Position numbers and translations under genes: made by a program. From a virus (lineage: Duplodnaviria > Caudoviricetes): a stretch of 62,021 nucleotides of DNA. Below, piece after piece: positions 47,369 through 55,620 of the stretch; the stretch's first letter is position 1, and each line of letters opens with the position of its first letter. The DNA lies in the IMG/VR virus record IMGVR_UViG_3300042306_001197, positions 1 to 62,021 of that record. One strand, written 5' to 3'. The notes under the pieces were generated by a model. That model worked only from the letters and a program-made list of their open reading frames with translations, was not told where the DNA came from and did no database searches.

Positions 47369-48283
47369 ATGAATTGTACTTGCGAAGAAGGATACACACT
47401 ATCCGGACAAGAGTGTATTAAAACAATAGTCATAACCAATGTAGTATGCCCTCCGGGGTGTACTACTGTTATGCAAGAAGGCGGGAATGCTGTATGCGAT
47501 TGTAATGAATCGGTAGCACCATCTTTTGAGAACAACTACACACTTATAGACATAACACCAGAACACTTTGAAGATGTATCATGGACTGCTGCCTACTCGC
47601 CAGTACTCGGCTCATGGATCAGTTTTTACGGGTTTAAGCCTAATTATTACATTAGTCACAATAACTATTTCCAAACAGGTATAAACAGCAGTGTTGATCC
47701 TACAGAGTTTGGCCTATGGTCACACTTATTGACAAACAAATCATACCAAGTATTTTACGGTAAAAAACAACCGTTTACAATTGAGTATCCAATAAAAGAA
47801 GAATTCACTACAAAAACATTAAACAATGTTCAGTTGTGGACAGAAGCTAGAAGATACCATAACGAGTATGACTATGTAGAAAATATAGGTCTTACTTTTA
47901 ATAAGTCTATGATATACAACAACATAGTAAACTCAGGTAATCTTAATTTGATACCTGAAAAAACTAAAATGGCTAACTCTAAAAAGTATCCTAAAACAAA
48001 CACAGACAATACTCAGGATATTATGATAACAAACCCTGATGGATTTAAGTGGAACTATGACTACTTTTATAATAGAGTTAAGAGTAATACTAGTAATATA
48101 CCTATGTTACTTCAAGACAAGAACCAGATAGACAAATATGTAAACTCTTCAGCTGTAAGTTTTAAAGGAAAAGCATTACTGGATAGAATGCTAGGAGACT
48201 GGTTTTTAAATAGATTAACTTATGATAAAGATACTAGATATAACGTAGCTTTAAAGTTTACTATCAATGAATCAGAAATTTAA
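47369..48283 (+). CDS. Tail stabilisation/muzzle protein, separated C-terminal part
   Basis: Begins with further CxxGY Cys repeats, then SWTAAYSP....WISFY.FKPNYY, a motif normally within the muzzle C-terminal region. Confidence 0.7.
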   Translation: MNCTCEEGYTLSGQECIKTIVITNVVCPPGCTTVMQEGGNAVCDCNESVAPSFENNYTLIDITPEHFEDVSWTAAYSPVLGSWISFYGFKPNYYISHNNYFQTGINSSVDPTEFGLWSHLLTNKSYQVFYGKKQPFTIEYPIKEEFTTKTLNNVQLWTEARRYHNEYDYVENIGLTFNKSMIYNNIVNSGNLNLIPEKTKMANSKKYPKTNTDNTQDIMITNPDGFKWNYDYFYNRVKSNTSNIPMLLQDKNQIDKYVNSSAVSFKGKALLDRMLGDWFLNRLTYDKDTRYNVALKFTINESEI

Positions 48284-48319
48284 CTAATTTTGTAAATTCA
48301 ATAATTTTTCTTAATTTTG
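48280..48319 (+). promoter_or_regulatory. Late-type promoter for cargo genes
   Basis: TTAACTAAT-TTTG(48289)-N19-TAATTTTG(48312-48319), followed at once by hairpin GCCCCTA...TAGGGGC (48319-48341). Confidence 0.78.
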
Positions 48320-48364
48320 CCCCTAACTTACAACTAGGGGCTTAATTTTTATATAAACACCATA

Positions 48365-50470
48365 ATGGCAGTAGACGATAAGAAAAAATACGCATATAAT
48401 TATTTAATAGGCAAGGGATTATCTCCTATAGCCGCAGCAGGCATAGTAGGGAACTTAGTAGCAGAGTCAGGGCTTAATACAACAATACCAGGCAAAGCGG
48501 ACAATAAAGGTTCTATAGGAATAGCACAATGGCACAGCGATAGAAAAGAGGGCCTTATGAATTTTGCAAAGCGTGCTAATCAGCCTTTTAGTAAATTATC
48601 TACACAATTAGATTACTTAGTATACGAGCTTAATAGCCCAGGATACAGTAAGGCACTGTCGGGGCTAAACTCAGCAAGAACTCCAGGAGAAGCTTCCATA
48701 GCTTTTATGAACCATTATGAGAAACCGGCAGAGTGGGCTAAAAAACAAAGTGTAGGAAAGAGGGTAAATGAAGCAGCCTCAGTATACACAGGTAAACCTT
48801 ATACAGAAGTGGCTTATACAGAAGAGGAAGGCAGTAGCTCTTACTATGATCCTAACCAAGACTTTAACTACGACAAAAATCCACAAGGCTCAACCTATGT
48901 AGCTGAAGAGGAAGAAGACTTTGAAGCAGAGACAGCAAAACAAGAGCTTGCACAAAAACAAGTAGAAAAAAACTTTTTGGCAGAACTACAATCACAAATA
49001 TCAACACAACCACAAGTACAACAAGATGTACAACAGGCATACGAAATAGACCCCTCTTTGTACCAAATGCCACAGATAGCACTTCCAGAGTATGGAGATA
49101 CAAATATTCCAACTATGCAAATAGGGGGTATAGCAGGAGAAGATCAAAAGATACTTATAAAGGATAATAGAAAAATAAGTGCCACTACAGGAAAACCTAT
49201 AAATCCAAACTCGGATATAGTGACAGGAAAGTACGATAAAAAGGTAATAAGAAATTTAGCTTTAGCTGCAAGTAAGTACAATGCTGACCCATATACAAAT
49301 ATAGCAGTAGGGTTACAGGAATCAAAGCTAGGCACTACAGATGGAAACATAGGTCATATTATAGGTAAACATGATACAAAGTTTACAGGCAGAGAAGAAG
49401 AAGATCTAGTAAGTATCTTACAAGACAAATTAAGATACGCAAAAAGACTAGGCATAGAAGATGAAGCTACTATGCTCCAAGCTTATAATGGTCTAGGTAA
49501 AATAACACCTCAGACAGAGAAAGGCTATCATGGGTTTGAAATGGCAAAAATATATGGAGTACCTTTGCCAAAAGAAGGCATAGATATGAGGAAGAACCCT
49601 CTGTACGGAAAAAGAGTAATAGACTTAAGAGATAATGTAATAAAGAAAAATCCAGAGTTAGTAAGGTACGTAGAAAGCTTACCTAAGTACAATCCATTTT
49701 CTGGGGAATACGAAGACAAAAACAACCCTTTACCGATGCTAAACTATAGAAGTAAAAAAAGGTTTCAAGAGGGAGGACAAACAGATCCAGTAAAACAGTG
49801 GACTTTAGATTACATCAATTCCCCAAAGTATAGAGAAAGATTAAAAGGAAGCGGCTACGAAGATGTAAACGGAGAAATCAAAGCTAGAGCAGAGGATGTA
49901 AAAAATACAAAGATATCGTATAGCAGACCTACTGCATTAGAGGCATTAAAAAGCTTCAGGCTTCCGGTATATCCCTCAAGCCATTTTGATGATGATATTG
50001 TTAATTTAGACTACAAATCGGATTTAAAATATCTTAAAAAGGCTTATCCTGAATTACCAATGCCTACAAAAAATGAAATATTGGCTCACGAAATGAGTCA
50101 CGCAGAGACGGAATACGGAGGTAGGGATAATAGGATGAATGATTACGATACTAGAAACCTTAAAGGGAGGGGGATGAATATTCCTTGGGTAAATAGTCAC
50201 GACAAAGAGCCAGATGAAAATAAGTCAGACCTAAATGCTTTTAGATACTTATTAAAACAGCAAGGTATATATGATGCAGGAAAAGAAGACTTTACAAAAG
50301 AGCACTTAAAAAAAGCAAAAAATACTTTTACAAAAGGCAGACTTAAAAGAAATTATTCAGACAAAAGCCTAATTTGGTTAATGAACCATGTAGCACAAAC
50401 AGATAAACAAAATGACAATATACAGTACGTCAAAGACGGAGGTACTATAAAACCCAGATTTACAAAATAA
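48365..50470 (+). CDS. Virion-associated multi-hydrolase: phage tail lysozyme, SLT/lysozyme-like domain and HExxH zincin domain
   Basis: AAGIVGNLVAES...GIAQW...QLDYLVYEL...YEKP; AVGLQES...QAYNG; LAHEMSH. Confidence 0.8.
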   Translation: MAVDDKKKYAYNYLIGKGLSPIAAAGIVGNLVAESGLNTTIPGKADNKGSIGIAQWHSDRKEGLMNFAKRANQPFSKLSTQLDYLVYELNSPGYSKALSGLNSARTPGEASIAFMNHYEKPAEWAKKQSVGKRVNEAASVYTGKPYTEVAYTEEEGSSSYYDPNQDFNYDKNPQGSTYVAEEEEDFEAETAKQELAQKQVEKNFLAELQSQISTQPQVQQDVQQAYEIDPSLYQMPQIALPEYGDTNIPTMQIGGIAGEDQKILIKDNRKISATTGKPINPNSDIVTGKYDKKVIRNLALAASKYNADPYTNIAVGLQESKLGTTDGNIGHIIGKHDTKFTGREEEDLVSILQDKLRYAKRLGIEDEATMLQAYNGLGKITPQTEKGYHGFEMAKIYGVPLPKEGIDMRKNPLYGKRVIDLRDNVIKKNPELVRYVESLPKYNPFSGEYEDKNNPLPMLNYRSKKRFQEGGQTDPVKQWTLDYINSPKYRERLKGSGYEDVNGEIKARAEDVKNTKISYSRPTALEALKSFRLPVYPSSHFDDDIVNLDYKSDLKYLKKAYPELPMPTKNEILAHEMSHAETEYGGRDNRMNDYDTRNLKGRGMNIPWVNSHDKEPDENKSDLNAFRYLLKQQGIYDAGKEDFTKEHLKKAKNTFTKGRLKRNYSDKSLIWLMNHVAQTDKQNDNIQYVKDGGTIKPRFTK

Positions 50471-50482
50471 CTAACATTAGCT

Positions 50483-53400
50483 ATGGAAAGAAAATACAGA
50501 AAGAAGTCAAACTTAGTAAACAGTACAGGATATACTCCAGGGTATGCTTCAGAAAATAACGCTATGAATATTATTCCTAGCAATATGATAACTATGGAAA
50601 ATACTCCGTATCCGGTATATGGGCAACCATTGGATGAATTAGGTAATCCAATTGCTGAACCTACTTACATGGAGCCTGGAGAAAATTATAATTATGGAGA
50701 CGAGGCTTCTTATGTAGCAGAGGTTCCAGCATACAAAGATGGAGGAAAAAAGCAAGATTGGATAAGTGCTAAGATATCAATGTTGATGGGAGAGGGTAAG
50801 CCTCAAAAACAAGCTATAGCTATTGCCTACTCAATGTGGAACCAGAAACACGAAAACGGTGGATACCAAATGCCACAATATCAAAATGCAGGAACCTTTA
50901 GTTTTAATCAACCAAAAAATGCATTTAGCCAACCTATTGACTTTAGTAAAGGCTTAGGGCTAGATACAAAGATAGACCCAAAAGATTATGGGTTTGGTGC
51001 AGATAGTCAGCTATCTAATAACGCACTTACAGCTGGCGAAGATTGGAAAAAAAATAATCCTTTACCACAAGGAGTTTTTGCCAGCAACATATCAGATGAC
51101 GCTACAAATTCAACTAGCACTCAATCAAGTGAAGGCTCTGGCATGGGGAGTAAAGGTATACACCAATTTTACAACCCTTATGGAGACATAGGAATGGGAG
51201 ATGCTTTGTATTTTGGTGGCCAAGAGTTTGCTAAGGGTAATAACTGGAAAGGTGCTGCAGGAGTAGGCCTTGGATTGCTAAAAGGGACTAAAGACTTTTT
51301 GGCAGGTATGGGTAACCAAAAAAGACAAGATACCATAATGAAAAGCTATAATGAAAACCAGAGAAAAAACATGACTGGTGAAAATAGAGCTCTAGCAATG
51401 AAAATGGGTGGATATTATCAAGATGGTGGAAATAAGGATAAATCTAACTATGAAGAAGAAGTAAACAAAGAAATAGATAGAAATTACCCAGAAGATACAC
51501 AAACTTGGTATGACCAAAATCCTCCAGGATTTAACTTACCTTTAGACGAAGCTCCAGCATCTTCTGAGACAACACAAAAAGAAGTTTGGCAGGTCTGGGA
51601 AGAAAAGACAGGAAAGCCTTGGAGCGAAGCTAAAAAGCTAGGGTACACAGATGGTACAGCAAAAGACAACTTAAAGTTACTCTCTGAACTAAATGACCCT
51701 AGATTTAAAGCTAGTAATCTAAGAGGCTCAGCATTAAAAACAACTACTAAAAAGAAGCAAGAAGCTGACAGCAAAGTAAAGAAAGAGATAGAAAAAGCTA
51801 AGAAAACACTTAACTACTCAGAGTACATGAAAAAGCTCCCTAAGTCAAACAGACCAAAAGGAGAAATAAAAGAAGCAGACGAATACAATATTATTTCTAG
51901 AACAGGGGAAATATTAGCAAACCCTTTACAAGCCCTAGGGGAATACGCAAAATACGGAGAGTTACCTGCATCAGGTTTTTCTAAAAATGATAAAAATGCC
52001 TATGACCAAGTTTTAGGGATAATTAACCCAGCTTATTGGGCAAATGCAGCAGGGAATGCATTAGATTTTGCAACAGAGGGTGAATATATGAGAGCCGGAA
52101 GAGAGGCACTGGACGTATTACCAGCACTAAGAACAGCAAAACTTGCTAAATTTTTACCTGTAGGTAGAGGAGCATCTGTTGGTAGTGAAGTAGCAACAGT
52201 AGGGAATAGAGCAGCTTCAGTAGCAGCACCTAGGATGACAACAGCCGTAGGACAAGCACGTAGAGCAGCACCATTAAGAAATTATTTTGAACCAGCATTG
52301 CCAGCAGGAAGAGGTGCAAATCAACTAGGACAAGGAGCTTTAAGATTACCTCAAGGTGCACCTAGATTAGGACAAGGGCCTCAGCAGTACGGACAGCTTA
52401 GTTTTGGATTTAAGCAAGGAGGGTATTACCAAGAAGGTGGAGAACAAATGGGTGGAGAGATGCCAATGCCTCAAGAAGAATCAGCAGGACAAGAAGCTCA
52501 AGTAATGCAACAAGTAGCACAAATGTTACAGCAAGGTGCTAATCCACAAGAAGTATTACAACAGCTAGTTCAAGCAGGAATACCGGAAGAACAAGCTTCA
52601 CAAATGATACAGATGGTTATGCAGGGATCTCAGGAAACACCCCAATTAAAAAAAGGGGGAGAGATGATTAAACGTGCTGACGGAAGTTATTCTAAAAGAG
52701 GGCTTTGGGATAACATCAGAGCTAATGCCGGATCTGGTAAAAAGCCAACTAAGCAAATGCTAGAGCAAGAAGCTAAGATAAAAGCTAACAAAAAAGAAAT
52801 GGGCGGTTATATGTATGCCGAAGGGGGTACAAATAATGAAGGTTTTAAATCTTTGCCTGGGTATGTGCAATCTAAGATACTCTCTAATATGCAAGAAGGA
52901 GGGGAACAAAATGACAATTCTATAGAAGTCATAATGGACCAAGTAGAAGATATGTTAGACCAAGGAGCTGATCCACAAGAAGTTCTTCAAATGTTAGTAT
53001 CTTCAGGAATGTCAGAAGATCAAGCCATACAGATAATAGAAGCTGTTATGCAAGACTCTGAACAAGTTCCTCAAATGAGAGATGGGGGTATTCCAGAAAG
53101 ATATAAAAATATGGGATTCAACAAAGTTGGTGCCAAGAAGAAATCAAGTCGACCAGGAAAAAAATGGATGGTCTTAGCTAAAAAAGGAGACCAGTATAAA
53201 GTAGTACACGGTGGGGATAATAAGATGAAAGATTTTTCTCAACATGGTTCGGAAGATAGAAAAGAGAACTTCTGGAACAGAATGGGAGGCAGAAATTCAG
53301 CTAAAGCTAATGACCCATTTAGTCCACTATATTGGCACAAAAGATTCGGAACATGGCAAGAAGGTGGAGAGATGATGGAAGAGGAAGATGAAATGGTAGA

Positions 53401-53704
53401 AGGAGAAAATCCACAACAAGAACAAATTGAAGACCAAGTAGAGCAAGCTTTACAACAAGGAGCTGATCCACAGGAAATCTTACAACAACTTGTACAGATG
53501 GGAATGCCAGAAGAAGAGGCAATACAAATGATACAAGAGATATTACAAGAGTTGCAAGGTGGGGAAGAGCCAGAAGAGGAAGAGTCTATGCAACAACCTG
53601 AAATGAAAAATGGCGGAAGCTATTTAGAAGCGATGAAAGGTAAGACAATAAAAAACTATACGTACAATAAAAATACAGGGAACTATGATGTCGAATTCGA
53701 ATAA
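50483..53704 (+). CDS. Modular cargo/core polyprotein-like protein
   Basis: About 14 xxxGG-type motifs separating short basic modules and three acidic Q/E helical repeats. Confidence 0.7.
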   Translation: MERKYRKKSNLVNSTGYTPGYASENNAMNIIPSNMITMENTPYPVYGQPLDELGNPIAEPTYMEPGENYNYGDEASYVAEVPAYKDGGKKQDWISAKISMLMGEGKPQKQAIAIAYSMWNQKHENGGYQMPQYQNAGTFSFNQPKNAFSQPIDFSKGLGLDTKIDPKDYGFGADSQLSNNALTAGEDWKKNNPLPQGVFASNISDDATNSTSTQSSEGSGMGSKGIHQFYNPYGDIGMGDALYFGGQEFAKGNNWKGAAGVGLGLLKGTKDFLAGMGNQKRQDTIMKSYNENQRKNMTGENRALAMKMGGYYQDGGNKDKSNYEEEVNKEIDRNYPEDTQTWYDQNPPGFNLPLDEAPASSETTQKEVWQVWEEKTGKPWSEAKKLGYTDGTAKDNLKLLSELNDPRFKASNLRGSALKTTTKKKQEADSKVKKEIEKAKKTLNYSEYMKKLPKSNRPKGEIKEADEYNIISRTGEILANPLQALGEYAKYGELPASGFSKNDKNAYDQVLGIINPAYWANAAGNALDFATEGEYMRAGREALDVLPALRTAKLAKFLPVGRGASVGSEVATVGNRAASVAAPRMTTAVGQARRAAPLRNYFEPALPAGRGANQLGQGALRLPQGAPRLGQGPQQYGQLSFGFKQGGYYQEGGEQMGGEMPMPQEESAGQEAQVMQQVAQMLQQGANPQEVLQQLVQAGIPEEQASQMIQMVMQGSQETPQLKKGGEMIKRADGSYSKRGLWDNIRANAGSGKKPTKQMLEQEAKIKANKKEMGGYMYAEGGTNNEGFKSLPGYVQSKILSNMQEGGEQNDNSIEVIMDQVEDMLDQGADPQEVLQMLVSSGMSEDQAIQIIEAVMQDSEQVPQMRDGGIPERYKNMGFNKVGAKKKSSRPGKKWMVLAKKGDQYKVVHGGDNKMKDFSQHGSEDRKENFWNRMGGRNSAKANDPFSPLYWHKRFGTWQEGGEMMEEEDEMVEGENPQQEQIEDQVEQALQQGADPQEILQQLVQMGMPEEEAIQMIQEILQELQGGEEPEEEESMQQPEMKNGGSYLEAMKGKTIKNYTYNKNTGNYDVEFE
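52500..53555 (+). repeat. Three dispersed ~38-aa acidic helical repeats
   Basis: QVAQMLQQGANPQEVLQQLVQAGIPEEQA, QVEDMLDQGADPQEVLQMLVSSGMSEDQA, QVEQALQQGADPQEILQQLVQMGMPEEEA. Confidence 0.85.
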
Positions 53705-55562
53705 AATATCAATACCAAAAGAGGTTTTTGAAAATATGTTTTTTGCAGAAGGAGGAGAAAAAAGGGATTTATTCAAGGCGGTAACTGGCGAATACCAGTT
53801 CGCCTTGGACCCAAAAAAACCAATGGTTGAACCAAATGCTGAAATAGAGGGCGGGGAATACCTTTTTGACTCTCAAGGAGTAAGAAAAGCAGAAGGAAGA
53901 TCTCACGAAAGGGGAGGTATGAAAGTCTCTCTTGAAGACGGCACCAGAATACTAAGTGACCACTTAAGGATAGGGATTAACTTGGCTAAAAGAATAAAAA
54001 ATCAATTAGACATTGCAGCTAAACCTACAGACACTTATGCAAAAGTACTAGACAGGTACAATAGAAAGTACGGCTTAGACGACTTAAATTCAAAACTAGA
54101 AAGTCTTGCTAGACAAGTAAAGGTACAAAAAACAAAAGTAAAGGATGAAGAAACTTCAAACCTAAACTTAGACTACCTTACAAAACAACTTTTTGAAACA
54201 AATCAAAAAAAGAAACCTCTTGAAAAAGAAAGAGAAGGGTTGTTTAATTTTCTTTTTGAAGCACAAGAGTCTACAAAAGAATCCCCAGAGTATTCAAATA
54301 AAATGGAGAACGGTGGAGCTATTGAACTGGCTAATAAGTATGGAATAAGTCAAGAAAGAGCAGCCGAACTGTTATTGGATTTGCCAATGTATCAAGACGC
54401 TGGGCAATACTTAAGAGGAGATATGAACTTAGATGGAGTTGTAGACGAAAAGGATAACTTATACAGAGACTATAAACAACTATATGATAAAAATAGGGAT
54501 ATTATTATAAAGTCTTCAGGAAGAACAGATTTTACAAAATCCCCTATGACTGTGAACACTTTACCTTATACTCCTAGAGAAGCTAGTTCAAACCCTATTT
54601 GGAAGGGAGCTTCTTATGACACAGCATGGATACCTTTAGTAGAAACTAGTATGTCAGACGAAGCAAAGGCTAAAAGCATAGATGAGTGGTTAACTAAGAA
54701 CAAAGACAAGTACTCACCTAATATACAAAAACAATTAGAGGGACTTACAGGTGCTGATAGAATGGCAAAGATAAAGCAGTTAGCTACCGACTATAAACCG
54801 GGACCTTTCCACAATGCACTTTTACAAGCCATGGTTGAAACTACAGAACCAACTATTGCTAAAGAGGAAGAGGTAAAAAAAGAAGAAGTTAAGCCTATAC
54901 AAGGTAAAGATAAAACTTACGGGTCCTTAAATTTACCACAAAGACTGTATATACCCCCAACACTACAAAATGCGTTAAAGGTATCAACCAGATTAAATAG
55001 AATAGAGCCAACTTTAGTCTCACCTGAGCAGCAAATTGCAGAAACAGATAGAGCTGTGCTTGCAGCACAACAAAACCTTGCAGGTATGTCAGATGCACAA
55101 AGAGCAGTTGCAAATATTGGCTTAACAGCTAATCAAAGCTCTGCTACAGGTAAAGCTATACAAGAAGCAAATAGATATAACGCACAAGCAAGAGGCCAAG
55201 CAGATATTTATAATGCAAGAGTAGGAGATACTGAGCAACTTTATGAGAACCAGAATGCTTTGAATTACGAAGGTAGAATAATGAGAGGGTTAGCTAATTA
55301 TGAAAATGATATGCAGAACTTAAGAAACTTGAGATACTCAGACCAAGTAAACAATTATAAAACTGTAGAGATGATGAATGCACAAAATGCATACAACCCA
55401 CAAGTACAGTATATGGGGACAGGCTTAGGGTATGATACAAATTACACTCCAGATTTTGGAAGAGTGCATGAAGCAGAGATATCAAGTATTGCAAATGCTG
55501 GAAAAAATAAGAAAGTGGCAAAAAAAGCTTCAGCTAAATTTGGAGGAAGATTTAAAAAATAA
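53685..55562 (+). CDS. Virion cargo/ejection protein
   Basis: NAEIEGGE...G.SHE.GG N-terminal module, Q/A/N-rich helical C-terminus ending AKFGG... Confidence 0.6.
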   Translation: MMSNSNKISIPKEVFENMFFAEGGEKRDLFKAVTGEYQFALDPKKPMVEPNAEIEGGEYLFDSQGVRKAEGRSHERGGMKVSLEDGTRILSDHLRIGINLAKRIKNQLDIAAKPTDTYAKVLDRYNRKYGLDDLNSKLESLARQVKVQKTKVKDEETSNLNLDYLTKQLFETNQKKKPLEKEREGLFNFLFEAQESTKESPEYSNKMENGGAIELANKYGISQERAAELLLDLPMYQDAGQYLRGDMNLDGVVDEKDNLYRDYKQLYDKNRDIIIKSSGRTDFTKSPMTVNTLPYTPREASSNPIWKGASYDTAWIPLVETSMSDEAKAKSIDEWLTKNKDKYSPNIQKQLEGLTGADRMAKIKQLATDYKPGPFHNALLQAMVETTEPTIAKEEEVKKEEVKPIQGKDKTYGSLNLPQRLYIPPTLQNALKVSTRLNRIEPTLVSPEQQIAETDRAVLAAQQNLAGMSDAQRAVANIGLTANQSSATGKAIQEANRYNAQARGQADIYNARVGDTEQLYENQNALNYEGRIMRGLANYENDMQNLRNLRYSDQVNNYKTVEMMNAQNAYNPQVQYMGTGLGYDTNYTPDFGRVHEAEISSIANAGKNKKVAKKASAKFGGRFKK

Positions 55563-55563
55563 T

Positions 55564-55603
55564 TTAATTAATTTGCAGAATATAAATAAAAGTTGTAATT
55601 TTG
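55564..55603 (+). promoter_or_regulatory. Late-type promoter
   Basis: TTAATTAA-TTTG(55572)-N20-TAATTTTG(55596-55603). Confidence 0.78.
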
Positions 55604-55620
55604 CAGAAATTATAAAGTAA

